Source of the DNA: Elusimicrobiota bacterium
GTDB lineage: Bacteria; Elusimicrobiota; Elusimicrobia; UBA1565; UBA9628
NCBI GenBank assembly: GCA_023249675.1
Contig: JAHFCE010000006.1
Coordinates: forward strand, 72,325-136,324
Length of the DNA: 64,000 nt
Direction of reading: 5' to 3'
Position 1 is the first letter of the stretch, and every line of letters begins with the position of its first letter. The notes under the pieces are model-generated. The model worked only from the letters and a program-made list of their open reading frames with translations, was not told the DNA's origin and did not search any database. Positions 44,318 to 54,606 of this stretch are shown piece by piece. The position numbers and the translations under genes are program-made.

Positions 44318-47300
44318 ATGCGGCTGAGCGCGACCTTGATGACCGGCCTCACGATGCGACGCCTTTCGACGGCCCTGGCCGCGGCATTTCTTTTGGCCGC
44401 TCTCCCATCCGCCTCCCCGGCCGCGACGATTCGCCGCGTCTCCCACACGGCAACCTTGCTGCCCAACGGCGACCTGCTCATCGTGGGCGGCGTCGATGAA
44501 ACCGGAGCCACCCTCAGCTCCTTCGCGATCGTCCCCGCCACGGGCGGAGCCATCATCAGTCCCACTGTATCCGCCATGACCTTCGGGCGATCTTCTCACA
44601 CCGCGACCTTGATGACCAACGGCTGCGTGCTGGTCATCGGCGGCAACTCCGCGGCCAGCGACACTCTCTCTCCCTCCGCAGAAAACCGCGCCGAGATCTA
44701 CAACCCAGCCTCAGGATCGTGGACCAATCTCGGCGCGTTCGGCACCGCGCGCTACAACCACACCGCAACCTTGCTCAATGACGGCAAGGTCCTGATCTGC
44801 GGCGGCCAAGACTCCTCGGGAAACGCGATCTCGACCTGCGACTTATACACACCGAACGCGGCCTGCACGGTGGCCGGAACGATCAGCGCGACACCAAGCC
44901 TGCTGCAGGCGCGCTACAACCACACCGCGGTCCTGCTCAAGGACGGCAAGGTCTGGTTCGCGGGCGGACGCAATCCCGCCGCCACGGGCGTCTACCTGCC
45001 GACCACCGAGCGCTACGACCCCGGAAGCGGCGTCTTTCAGTCCGCCTCGCCGCTCATCGAGGCCCGGTCCCAGCACACCGCGACCCTCATGGGTGACGGC
45101 AAGGTGCTCGTGGTCGGCGGCTACAACGCGCGCGACGTGATCGCCAACAAAGGCACCACCGAAAGCGCCGAGATCTTCGATCCGGTTTCCAACAGCGTGA
45201 CCCCGGCCGCCTCGATGACCGCGCGCCGCCACGCGCACGCCGCCACGCTCTCCGCCAACGGCACGGTGGACATCTTCGGCGGCCTGGGCAACGTCACGAC
45301 GAGCTATGTCAACCCGAGCGCAGCTTTCGTGAGCGGAAGCTCGATCACCTTTGGCGCCCCGAACTCGGTGATGACGTCGCTGGCGACGATCACCACCGGC
45401 TACGGTCTGATTCCCCTGGATTATCAGCTGGGCAAGGCGGTCAGCGGCGCGATTGCGGACGGCGAAATGTGGCTGTCATCACCCACGGTCAAGACGACTT
45501 GGGGGGAAATCGATTTCACGCCGGCCAGCGAGACAGCAACAACGGGCCTGCGCATCAACCTCGCCGGCGCCGAAGTCGGCTGCTCGGCCACGACCGGCCT
45601 GTGTGGGAACGTCAAAACCACCGGCGCACTCTGGCAAATGCAAGGGTCGGGAGCCCAAGCCGTCTTCTTCCGGCGCAACGCCGTCGCCCCCATCGGAACG
45701 GCATACGTCAGCACCGGCACTTTGACCTACGCCGCCACGCCCCTCAACACTGCGAGCCCGCTCGCATCTTTAAACCCAGTGGCCTCAAGCTTTACAACGA
45801 CCATGGCGATCTCGATGAACAACAAGCTCATCGGCTACAAGATCAACAGCGCTACCTTCACCATCACCGCCGGCAGCATCGTGCAGGCCAGTTCCTTTAC
45901 GGTCACGCTCACCAGCGGCACCGGCGTCTCGACGGGGTCGATCTTTGCGGACGCGCTGGGCAACGGGAAATCCACCTTCACCATTACCTTCTACGGCCTT
46001 GAGGGCGATATCGCGTACACCGGCGCGGATCCCCAGTCGTTCGCATCGCCGCGCTCGATTCCTCTCGCCGGCGCGGCCGCCCCCCTGACCCTCACCATGA
46101 CCATGACATACACCGCGAGCGGCGCGGACCTCAGCGGCGAGACATTCAACGTCGACGTCGCCACGGTCGTGATCCGCAAGATGATCTTCGCCGATCATGA
46201 AATCTACAACCCCAAAGCGAACAGCTGGGCCCTCAAGTCCACTGGCATCAGCGTCGCAAGCGCGCAGCGCTACGGCCACTCCGCCACCGTGCTGGCCAAT
46301 AACGACGTGGTCTTCTACGGCGGCCGCGCCTGCTCGGGTGCTGTCTGCGCCACGCAGACGGCCAACGCCACGACCGCCATCCAACTACTCTATTCCGAGA
46401 AGAACTTCGCCAATCCGTCGGGCCAAGCCGCCGGCAAGCGCGCATTCCATACCACGACCTTGCTGCCCAACGGCGACCTCCTGGTCGCCGGCGGCACCAA
46501 TGGCCCCAGCATCCTCGGCACCGCCGAAATCTTTAATCCGACCACAGAGACGTTCTCGCCAATCACGGGAACGATGCGCTATGTCCGCGACCTGCACACC
46601 GCCACCTTGCTGCCCAACGGCCGGGTCCTGATCGCCGGCGGCTTCACGACGAACTCAGCCAGCACCGGCTCGACCAATACGAGCGAGATCTACTATCCCG
46701 ACACCAAGGTCTTCCTTGAGACGACTCCGATGATCAGTTCGCGCAGCAACCACAGCGCCATCCTGCTGCCGAGCGGAAACATCTTCGTGGCCGGCGGCTT
46801 TGGAACAGGGGACGTCATCAGCGATAGCGCGGAGATCTACATCTCAACGAAGGCCCGCTGGGAGGCGGCCGCTACGATGACGGCCTGCGGCGCGCGCGCC
46901 ATCCACGCGACAGTGCAGCTCAAGGACGGGCGCATCATGCTCATCGGCGGCGTCAACGCAAACGGGGTCCTCGACACCAGCGCCCTCTACAATCCGACAC
47001 TCAATACCTGGAGCTGTGGCGCCGCCACCATGCCAACACCGCTGCGCTCGCACACGGCGACCTTGCTCTTCGACGGCCGCGTCCTCGTTGTCGGCGGCAA
47101 CGACGGCTTGGGTGAAGTCAACTTTTCCTCCATATACGACCCCGTTCTAAACAACTGGACGACCACCGGCACCCAGCCCCTGATCCAACCCCGCTTCAAC
47201 CACACCGCAACTGTGCTGCCCAACGGCAACGTCCTCATCACGGGCGGCTCCCGAAAATTCGCGGGCGTGCCGACCATGCTTGAGACCTTCCATGTCAACG

Positions 47301-50011
47301 GCAGCTCGTGGGTCACCGGCGAAATCCCCGCCACGTTCAGCGGCGGCCCGCGCGCCTTCCACACGATGACTTTGGCGCTCAACAACAAGGTGTACGGCAT
47401 CGGCGGCAGCGATGGCGTCATCGGCGGCAGCGGCGTCACGCTCTACAATACGATCGAAGCCGGCTACTTCAGCGCCACACCCGACAACTTCTCGAAAGAC
47501 GCACCCCCGAGTATCCGCCAATCGACCATCACGACGACGACAAATTTGACAACGGGCAAGGCGACGTTTCTGGAAGGCAATATCCTGCGCGTCGACGGCA
47601 ATCAGTTCCGCGGCGGTACGGAAGCCTCGGGCGGCGGATCCGCCTCCGGAAACTCGGCCTTCAGCTTTCCGCACCTGGTCCTACAGCAAGTCGATGGCTC
47701 CGGCGGCGCCGCCTCGCAGTCCAACGGTGGCTTCATCGTGGATCTCACCACCCATATCTTCTCCAATTCGGCCAACACCGCGACGGACACTTCGCTGACG
47801 GTCTTGCTGCCCCCGACCGCATCCTCGATGCCTTACGGCTGGTACGCACTGCGCACCGGGGCCAACGGCGTCTACTCCGACGGCAAGCTCGTGCAGGTCG
47901 GCCCGGCCATACCCAACGCGGCGCCCACCGGCCTCGCCGGCGTCACCCAAAGCACGTGGGCGATCACCTGGACCTGGACCGCGCCCGCGGGAACCATCGA
48001 CGGCTACAACGTCTACAACGCCACGAGCGGCGTCTTTCTGAGCACGATCCCGGTGCCGGCTTCGGGTTCGCCGACCTATTACCAGACCAATCTCGCCCCG
48101 AGTGCGACCTCCTCGATTCTCGTCGCCGCCTACACGCTCTCCGGCGACGGCCCGCTCACAGCCTCGCCGACGACCTACACGTTCTCCACATGTCCCATCA
48201 ATGTGGCGATCACCTCGGTGACGTCCTCGGACCTTCTGCTGACCTGGGGCACGAACGGGAACACCTCTCCCGGCACGGTCTACGAGGTCAGCCAGGCGAG
48301 CAGCAACTTCGACGCGGCAGACATCTCCACGCCCGTCCCCTCCGTGTTCAACCTGACGACGAACTTCACGACCATCCCCAATCTCTCCGCGAACACCACG
48401 TATTACTTCCGCGTGCGCGCTTTCAATCTGGCCGGACTGCCCTCGCCGTTCAGCGTCAGCGTCACCACCCGCACCCGAGCGCCGGTCACCCAGGCGATCG
48501 TCACAACGAGAACCGCCACGTCGATTGACTGGGGCTGGACCGACCCCGGAGGCGTCACCAACTTCCGCGTCTACAACGCGACGAGCGGCGTTCTGCTCGG
48601 CACGCCCGTCGTGTCCACCTTCACCGAGGTCGGCCTCGGGACCAACACCCAGCACGCGATCCGCGTCAGCGCGGTTACGAACGCCGGCGAAGGCCCGCTG
48701 TCGCCGTCCGCCTCGGCCTACACCTCCGCCGCGGCCCCGGGGCCGTTCACACCCACGATCACCGGCTTGACGACGGGTAGTTTCCTCCTCAACTGGACCT
48801 TCAACGGCAATCCCTTGCAGACACTGTACCAGGTCCAGGTCACCTCCTACGCAGGCAACGGCTCGGTCTTCGCCACGTTCACAACCACCACCACGGCGTT
48901 CAGCGCAGGCTTCGGCGGCTTTTCACCCTCCACGCGCATCGACTATACGATCGTCGCGATCAACGGAGACGGCCTTAACTCGGCGGCAGTCATCGGCTCG
49001 ACATGGACCCTGCCGACCGCCCCGATTTCTCTGGCCTCGCCTGGAACAACGCCCACGACCATCTCGATCGGCTGGGGCACCAACAACAACTCATCCTCGG
49101 CCACCTACCAGGTCACTTATACGACGAACGACTTCGTCCTCATCTCCACCGCGATCGCCTTCGGGGCCAACTTCGGAGGAACCAGCGCGACGATCACCGG
49201 CCTCGTCACCTCGGCGACCTACTCGATCCGCGTGATCGCGAGTAATCCGTTCGGCCAGCCCTCAGCATTCTCCAACGTCCTGAACCTGAGCCCCTCCAAC
49301 GGCGGCGCCTCGGTCGGCTCAATCGCGGGTCCGATACGCGCCACCGCGGACTCCTCGCTGTTCGGCTTGTTGGGCGATGGTCGCCAGATCCTCCTGCGCG
49401 CGCCCGCGCGCGCCTTCCCCAGCGACGTGACGGTCACGGTCTCTTCATTCGTACCTACCTCCTACCAGCCCACCGGCATGCTGTGCCCGACTGCGACCAA
49501 CATCGCCTTCTCGATCTCCGACGCCCCCGCGCTTCAGCCGATCGGCAGCCTGTATCTCACCTTCAGCTACACGCCAGCCGAGCTCGGCGCCATCTCGGCC
49601 AATCGCGCGCTGCTGCTGCGCTATGACCCGGCCAGCAACACCTGCGTGCCGCTTGAGACCACGGTCGACACCGTCAATAGCCAGATGACCGCGCGCATCA
49701 ACCACTTTTCGCTCTTCCAAGTCGGCTCGGTTCCGCTCGCGACCACGGTCGAAACCGCGCGCCTCTTCCCGAACCCCTATTACACCAGTCGCGACAGCTT
49801 CCTGACGATCGACAACGTCCCGCCCAGCGCCCGAGTGCGCATCTTCACCTTGCGCGGCGAGGAAGTGCTTGACGTCAAGGCGAACTCCACAGGCCTACTG
49901 ACGTGGAGCGGCACCAACGGTTTCGGTCGGGCGGTCGCCAGCGGCGTCTACCTCGTGATGGTTGAGTCCGGGGGCACGAAGAAAATACTTAAGCTGGCGG
50001 TGATCCGGTGA
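44318..50011 (+). CDS. giant secreted multi-domain protein: two blocks of Kelch/galactose-oxidase-type beta-propeller repeats, central region, fibronectin type III-like repeats, and a C-terminal T9SS-type (Por secretion) sorting domain
   Basis: Signal peptide. At least 12 repeats of the Kelch blade motif R(Y/S)xHTATLLxxGxVLxxGG. FN3-like periodic Thr/Ser-rich repeats at about aa 1150-1600. The C-terminal 80 aa match the T9SS CTD pattern (FPNPY...RVRIFTLRGEEV...GVYLVMVESGGTKKILKLAVIR). The first in-frame ATG at 44318 is used; a TTG ORF begins at 44297. Confidence 0.85.
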   Translation: MRLSATLMTGLTMRRLSTALAAAFLLAALPSASPAATIRRVSHTATLLPNGDLLIVGGVDETGATLSSFAIVPATGGAIISPTVSAMTFGRSSHTATLMTNGCVLVIGGNSAASDTLSPSAENRAEIYNPASGSWTNLGAFGTARYNHTATLLNDGKVLICGGQDSSGNAISTCDLYTPNAACTVAGTISATPSLLQARYNHTAVLLKDGKVWFAGGRNPAATGVYLPTTERYDPGSGVFQSASPLIEARSQHTATLMGDGKVLVVGGYNARDVIANKGTTESAEIFDPVSNSVTPAASMTARRHAHAATLSANGTVDIFGGLGNVTTSYVNPSAAFVSGSSITFGAPNSVMTSLATITTGYGLIPLDYQLGKAVSGAIADGEMWLSSPTVKTTWGEIDFTPASETATTGLRINLAGAEVGCSATTGLCGNVKTTGALWQMQGSGAQAVFFRRNAVAPIGTAYVSTGTLTYAATPLNTASPLASLNPVASSFTTTMAISMNNKLIGYKINSATFTITAGSIVQASSFTVTLTSGTGVSTGSIFADALGNGKSTFTITFYGLEGDIAYTGADPQSFASPRSIPLAGAAAPLTLTMTMTYTASGADLSGETFNVDVATVVIRKMIFADHEIYNPKANSWALKSTGISVASAQRYGHSATVLANNDVVFYGGRACSGAVCATQTANATTAIQLLYSEKNFANPSGQAAGKRAFHTTTLLPNGDLLVAGGTNGPSILGTAEIFNPTTETFSPITGTMRYVRDLHTATLLPNGRVLIAGGFTTNSASTGSTNTSEIYYPDTKVFLETTPMISSRSNHSAILLPSGNIFVAGGFGTGDVISDSAEIYISTKARWEAAATMTACGARAIHATVQLKDGRIMLIGGVNANGVLDTSALYNPTLNTWSCGAATMPTPLRSHTATLLFDGRVLVVGGNDGLGEVNFSSIYDPVLNNWTTTGTQPLIQPRFNHTATVLPNGNVLITGGSRKFAGVPTMLETFHVNGSSWVTGEIPATFSGGPRAFHTMTLALNNKVYGIGGSDGVIGGSGVTLYNTIEAGYFSATPDNFSKDAPPSIRQSTITTTTNLTTGKATFLEGNILRVDGNQFRGGTEASGGGSASGNSAFSFPHLVLQQVDGSGGAASQSNGGFIVDLTTHIFSNSANTATDTSLTVLLPPTASSMPYGWYALRTGANGVYSDGKLVQVGPAIPNAAPTGLAGVTQSTWAITWTWTAPAGTIDGYNVYNATSGVFLSTIPVPASGSPTYYQTNLAPSATSSILVAAYTLSGDGPLTASPTTYTFSTCPINVAITSVTSSDLLLTWGTNGNTSPGTVYEVSQASSNFDAADISTPVPSVFNLTTNFTTIPNLSANTTYYFRVRAFNLAGLPSPFSVSVTTRTRAPVTQAIVTTRTATSIDWGWTDPGGVTNFRVYNATSGVLLGTPVVSTFTEVGLGTNTQHAIRVSAVTNAGEGPLSPSASAYTSAAAPGPFTPTITGLTTGSFLLNWTFNGNPLQTLYQVQVTSYAGNGSVFATFTTTTTAFSAGFGGFSPSTRIDYTIVAINGDGLNSAAVIGSTWTLPTAPISLASPGTTPTTISIGWGTNNNSSSATYQVTYTTNDFVLISTAIAFGANFGGTSATITGLVTSATYSIRVIASNPFGQPSAFSNVLNLSPSNGGASVGSIAGPIRATADSSLFGLLGDGRQILLRAPARAFPSDVTVTVSSFVPTSYQPTGMLCPTATNIAFSISDAPALQPIGSLYLTFSYTPAELGAISANRALLLRYDPASNTCVPLETTVDTVNSQMTARINHFSLFQVGSVPLATTVETARLFPNPYYTSRDSFLTIDNVPPSARVRIFTLRGEEVLDVKANSTGLLTWSGTNGFGRAVASGVYLVMVESGGTKKILKLAVIR

Positions 50012-50991
50012 GGCTGCGCCAAATCGCCGTCTTGGCCCTCCTGCTCGCCCGTCCTGCGAGCGCGTCGGACTTCGGCCGGGCGGCCGTGGGAACCTCCGGC
50101 TCGGAGTTCCTGCTCTTCGACACGAGCGCGCGCGGAATCGCAATGGGCGGCGCCTACTCCGCGGCGACAAACGACGCCTCCTCGCTCTATTGGAACCCCG
50201 CGGGACTTTCACAGGTGCCCCGCCTCTCGGCCACCTTCCTGCATGCGCAATACGTGGCGGACGTCACCTACAACGCCGCGTCCGTCGCCAAACGCGTCAA
50301 CGACACCTCCGTGCTGGCGGCCGGCGTGCGCTACCTCGACCTCGGGGCGATCACCCGGACCGACGTCAACGGCCTGGAACGCGGCCAGTTCCACCCGCGC
50401 TCCTACCTGGCCGAGCTTGGCTGGGGCCAGTCCATCTACGACCTGTCCGACAGCGAGGTGGATGTGGCCATGGGCGTCAGCGTCAAGTACCTGCGCTCCG
50501 ACCTCGTGGAGCGCGCCTCCGCCTACGGCGGCGACTTCGGCGTGCACTCGCGCTATTACGGCGCCTCGCAGACCTACGACGTCTCGATGGCGGTCCAGAA
50601 CATGGGTGTCGGGCAGAAATTTGACAAGGTCCGCGACACCTTGCCCACACGCGTGCGTTTCGGCGGCGGCGTCCGTCCGGTCAAACCCCTGTTGCTCACC
50701 ATCGAGGCGATCGCTCCGATCAACAACGCCCCGCATGGAGCCGCGGGCATGGAATACACGGCCGGAATCCAGAAGAACCTGCAGTGCGCGGTGCGGGCCG
50801 GCCTCAACTCCCTGACGTACGATTCACTGGGCCTGAGCTCGATCGTCAGCTTCGGCTTCGGCCTGCAACTGTCCGACCTCAGCTTCGACTACGCCTTCGC
50901 GCCGACGGGAGCGCTGGGCGCCTCGATTCACCGCGTCTCGCTGAGCTTCAACCTGCCTGCGAAAATCTCGCGGCGCTACCGAGAGAGATAG
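50008..50991 (+). CDS. PorV/PorQ-family outer membrane beta-barrel protein (T9SS cargo-shuttle-like)
   Basis: Signal peptide. N-terminal family block GTSGSEFLLFDTSARGIAMGGAYSAATNDASSLYWNPAGL. Alternating beta-strand pattern to the C-terminus. The GTG start overlaps the giant gene's stop (GTGA). Confidence 0.75.
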   Translation: MRLRQIAVLALLLARPASASDFGRAAVGTSGSEFLLFDTSARGIAMGGAYSAATNDASSLYWNPAGLSQVPRLSATFLHAQYVADVTYNAASVAKRVNDTSVLAAGVRYLDLGAITRTDVNGLERGQFHPRSYLAELGWGQSIYDLSDSEVDVAMGVSVKYLRSDLVERASAYGGDFGVHSRYYGASQTYDVSMAVQNMGVGQKFDKVRDTLPTRVRFGGGVRPVKPLLLTIEAIAPINNAPHGAAGMEYTAGIQKNLQCAVRAGLNSLTYDSLGLSSIVSFGFGLQLSDLSFDYAFAPTGALGASIHRVSLSFNLPAKISRRYRER

Positions 50992-51025
50992 CCTGGACGA
51001 CCCTGGTTTTTCGTAGAATGCCCGC

Positions 51026-52027
51026 GTGAAAGCGGTCGTCTTGAAGGCGTTCGGCGGCGTCGAGAACCTGGAGCTGCAGACCGTCGCCGATCCCGTCCCC
51101 GGCCCCGGCGAAATCCTTCTTCGCGTGCGTGCCTGCGCGCTCAACCACCTTGATCTGTGGATCCGCGAGGGGCTTCCCGGTTCGAAGGTGAAGACGCCCC
51201 ATGTCCTCGGCTCGGACGTCGCGGGCGAGACCGAGGGCCGGCGTGTCGCCGTCTACCCAGGCCTGTTCTGCGACGCCTGCCCGGCGTGCAAGGACGGACG
51301 CGAATCCGACTGCCCCGACTTCGGCATCATCGGCGCCTACGGCGGGTCCCAGGGCGGCTACGCCGAAAAGATCGCCGTGAAGGCAGCACACCTGCTCAGA
51401 GTCCCGGACGGGATGTCCTTCACGGACGCGGCGTCTTTACCTCTGACCGTGCTCACGGCCTGGCGCATGCTCAAAACCTTGGGCGAGGTCAAGACGGGCC
51501 AGACGGTCCTCGCCATCGGCGCGGGTGCGGGCGTCTCAGTCGCCGGCATCCAGATTGCGAAGACCCTTGGAGCAATCGTGATCGCGACGACAACGGACGC
51601 CGCCAAGGTCGATCGAGCTCGCGCGCTCGGAGCCGACCACGTCCTCCTGGCCCCGCCGGCTGAGCTTGCGCGCGAGGTGCGCCGGCTCACCAAAGGTGCT
51701 ATGGCCGACGTCGTCTTCGAGCACGTCGGCCCCGCGCTGTTCATGGACGCCCTGAAGTGTCTGCGCCCTTCAGGACGCCTCGTCACGTGCGGCTCGACCT
51801 CGGGCGCGAAGCTTGAACTCGATCTGCGCTACGTGTTCAGCCGCCAGCTCCGCATCCTCGGCTCGCGGATGGGGAGCCTCGCCGAGATGCACGAGGCCTG
51901 GAGACTCGTCGAGGCGGGCTTGGTCAAGCCCGTCGTGGACAAGGTCTTCCCGCTCGACGCAGCGGCGGCCGCGCATTCGCGCCTCGAATCACGCGGCCAA
52001 TTCGGCAAGGTCGTGCTCTCGCGGTGA
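51026..52027 (+). CDS. zinc-binding/MDR-family alcohol dehydrogenase or quinone oxidoreductase
   Basis: GroES-like N-domain (MKAVVL ... VRACALNHLDLW) and Rossmann motif LAIGAGAGVSVAGIQIAK. 333 aa. Confidence 0.85.
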   Translation: MKAVVLKAFGGVENLELQTVADPVPGPGEILLRVRACALNHLDLWIREGLPGSKVKTPHVLGSDVAGETEGRRVAVYPGLFCDACPACKDGRESDCPDFGIIGAYGGSQGGYAEKIAVKAAHLLRVPDGMSFTDAASLPLTVLTAWRMLKTLGEVKTGQTVLAIGAGAGVSVAGIQIAKTLGAIVIATTTDAAKVDRARALGADHVLLAPPAELAREVRRLTKGAMADVVFEHVGPALFMDALKCLRPSGRLVTCGSTSGAKLELDLRYVFSRQLRILGSRMGSLAEMHEAWRLVEAGLVKPVVDKVFPLDAAAAAHSRLESRGQFGKVVLSR

Positions 52028-53676
52028 AGAGCTCGGCCTGCGTTCCCAGCTGGCTCCTGGCCGCGGCTCTGAGCCTGCCGCTGCTCGTCCTCGGCGCGCC
52101 GCTCATTGAAATCGACGATGCCCGCTACGCCGAGGTCCCGCGCGCGATGGCGGCCTCCGGCGACTGGGTCCTGCCGAGCCTCAATGCGATGCCCTACATC
52201 GAGAAACCTCCGCTGTGGTACTGGCTCAGCGCCACCTCAATCAAGGTGTTCGGCCCCTCCGAGGCCGCCGCGCGCCTGCCGATGCTCCTGCTCGCTGTGC
52301 TCGGAGCGGGGGGGGTCTTTTGGCTGGGCTCGTGGCTGTACTCGCCGGACATCGGACGCTGCGCCGCGCTCGCAACGGCGACGTCCGGGATGTGGCTTTT
52401 CCTCACCCACAACCTGACGCTCGATCTGCCCGTGAGCGTCTTCCTGCTGTGGAGCACCGCGTTCATCCTGCGCGCGCTCGAACGGCCCGCCGACGCCCGC
52501 TGGGCCGCGCCCGCGGCGTGGCTTGCCGCAGCGCTCGCGTTCCTGAGCAAGGGGCTGATCTCCGCGCTTTTCCCGCTTCTCTGGACGATCACTTTGATCG
52601 GCCTCTGTCCAAAATGGCGCCGCCCCGCATGGAAGCTGCTCTCGCCCCTGGGCATCGTTCTCGCGGTCCTGCTCGTAGCACCCTGGTTTCTCGCTGTACA
52701 GGCGAGAAGGCCTGACTTCTTCCACACCTTCTTCATCGAACAGCACTTCCAACGCTACCTCACGCCGAAGTATTCCCGAGGCGCGCCATGGTGGTTCTAC
52801 CTCGCGGTGCTGCCGGGCGGCCTGCTCCCATGGACGGCGCCGTTTCTGTCAGGACTGTCGAAAGTCTTAAGACGCCCGTTCACGGATCCCCGCGCGACAG
52901 CGCTCGCCCTGTGGGCGCTCGGGGTCGTCGCCTTTTTTACGACCTCGCACTCGAAACTCGCAACCTACGCCCTTCCGGTCCTGCCGCACGCGGCTCTGCT
53001 GGCGGCGGCCTCCATCGAGGACGGCCTGCCAAAATGGTCCCGTTCTCTTTGCCGTGCCTTGGGCGTCATCCTTCTTCTGGGCTCCGTCGCCGGCGTTCTG
53101 CTCTATTGCCGCCTGCCTCATCTCGCCTTGCCGGAAGTCGCCGCGAATGCTCCGCTCCTGCGCCGCCTGGTCGTTGCAGCATCCGCTTGTCTGGCGTGCC
53201 TGGCCGCCGCGCAGCTCTACGCACCGTCATCGAAACGCCCAGCATTGGCGCTCGGCCTTGGCGGCGCCCTGGCGGGATTGTGCGCGTTTGCCGCCGTTTC
53301 GGCCGCGTCTCCGCTGATCAGCGCCAAAGGGCTCGCGCTGGCCGTGAAAGAGTCCGCCCGCCCCGAAGACGAGGTCTGGTCTTACGACAGCTATCCGCAC
53401 GGCCTGCAGTTCTACACCGGACGCCCCGTTGACAAGATGGTCTACTTCGTCGGAGAGTTCCACTACGCGAAGCGCGACGCGGCAAACGCCGGGCGCTTCG
53501 GCGACGACGATGAGGTGAGGGCTCTGCCACGCAGAGGGGGACGAACCTTCGTCGTGATGAAGACCGGACGCCGCGCGCACTTCGAAACCGTGCCGCCAAA
53601 AGGCTCGATCGCGTCTTGGCGCCAGTTCGGGCCCTGGTCGCTGGCCGAGGTCCGGTCGGCCGCACGCTCGCGTTAA
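52024..53676 (+). CDS. ArnT/PMT-family (GT39/GT83) membrane glycosyltransferase
   Basis: N-terminal loop with the catalytic DD/DE-like motif (IEIDDARYAEVPRAMAASGDWVLP) and YIEKPPLWYWL, followed by 11-13 TM helices. GTGA overlap with the upstream gene. Confidence 0.8.
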   Translation: MKSSACVPSWLLAAALSLPLLVLGAPLIEIDDARYAEVPRAMAASGDWVLPSLNAMPYIEKPPLWYWLSATSIKVFGPSEAAARLPMLLLAVLGAGGVFWLGSWLYSPDIGRCAALATATSGMWLFLTHNLTLDLPVSVFLLWSTAFILRALERPADARWAAPAAWLAAALAFLSKGLISALFPLLWTITLIGLCPKWRRPAWKLLSPLGIVLAVLLVAPWFLAVQARRPDFFHTFFIEQHFQRYLTPKYSRGAPWWFYLAVLPGGLLPWTAPFLSGLSKVLRRPFTDPRATALALWALGVVAFFTTSHSKLATYALPVLPHAALLAAASIEDGLPKWSRSLCRALGVILLLGSVAGVLLYCRLPHLALPEVAANAPLLRRLVVAASACLACLAAAQLYAPSSKRPALALGLGGALAGLCAFAAVSAASPLISAKGLALAVKESARPEDEVWSYDSYPHGLQFYTGRPVDKMVYFVGEFHYAKRDAANAGRFGDDDEVRALPRRGGRTFVVMKTGRRAHFETVPPKGSIASWRQFGPWSLAEVRSAARSR

Positions 53677-54515
53677 GGCCCCTCGCGGACGACAGGCGTA
53701 TGATGGCGATCGCGCGCAAGCGCGCGAATGCGCCAGCCGCGATTGCCCGCCTCCATCTTGAACGGCTCGGGAAGAAACAGCGCGGCCATCGCGGTCCTAA
53801 ATTCCGCAGGATCGCCGCTGACCTCGGCCAACTGCTCGATCGAAGTCGCATAGGCGCCGTTCTTGGCCTTGTAGGCTTCCTCGACCTGCGCGATCACCGC
53901 CAATCCCTCGTTGGCCTTTGCGACGGCGGCCCGGTCGCGCGGCGTGGGCCGCGCCCAACCGGAATAGATCTGGAAGCCGAACAGGCCGACGGCGCCGAGC
54001 GCCCCGGCGAGAAACAGCGCAGCGCCCTCCGCTGCGGACTTGCGGTACGCCTCGACGACGACCGTGCCGGAGGCGTAATCGTGAAGCGCGCGGCTCTCAC
54101 GGTTGAAGAGCGCGACCAGGAAGCCGAAGTTTCCCGCCGTCGAGCCGATCAGCCAGACCAAAGCGCGCACAAGGCTGCGCAGAAAACTCGGCGGCCCTCC
54201 GTCGCGCGCGACGACGCGCAACCCGAGCAGGCGCTTGCCGATCGTGCCGCCATTGAGGTTGCCGACGAGCTGGTAGGCGAACACCAAAGTGATCCAAGCG
54301 GCCCCGACGAGCGCGAGGAGTTCCGGGGTGGGGGCTTTCGCGAGAGGGCCGACGAGAGTCCAAACCGTGGCGACCAGGCCGACACCGAACGGAAGGGTAT
54401 CGAGCACATAGGCGACGAAGCGGTCGCTGAACCGCGCGACGCGCGGCGCAAGGGTCTCCGATTCCATGACCCCCACAGTATAGGCGTCGTTGCCGGTTAA
54501 ATCAAGGAACGTCAA
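53673..54515 (-). CDS. RDD family membrane protein
   Basis: RDD-domain pattern: R in the first helix region (RFVAYVLDTL), then a conserved GxxLGKRLLGLRVV and downstream D residues. 280 aa with 3-4 TM. Confidence 0.65.
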   Translation of the reverse strand: MTFLDLTGNDAYTVGVMESETLAPRVARFSDRFVAYVLDTLPFGVGLVATVWTLVGPLAKAPTPELLALVGAAWITLVFAYQLVGNLNGGTIGKRLLGLRVVARDGGPPSFLRSLVRALVWLIGSTAGNFGFLVALFNRESRALHDYASGTVVVEAYRKSAAEGAALFLAGALGAVGLFGFQIYSGWARPTPRDRAAVAKANEGLAVIAQVEEAYKAKNGAYATSIEQLAEVSGDPAEFRTAMAALFLPEPFKMEAGNRGWRIRALARDRHHTPVVREGP

Positions 54516-54606
54516 TGGAGACCCAGGCGCCTCTAGGTCGAATGACCGGGCCAGACTAGAGCCAAAGCCCTAGGGAAAGGCTATCGCATTTTCCTATAAA
54601 GCCGTC

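Noticed and set aside
44318-50991. Calling a complete type IX secretion system in this window
   Set aside because: Only a CTD-bearing cargo and PorV-like beta-barrels are present. None of the core T9SS genes (porK/L/M/N, sprA/sov, porU) are in the 64 kb, so the T9SS inference remains a hypothesis.
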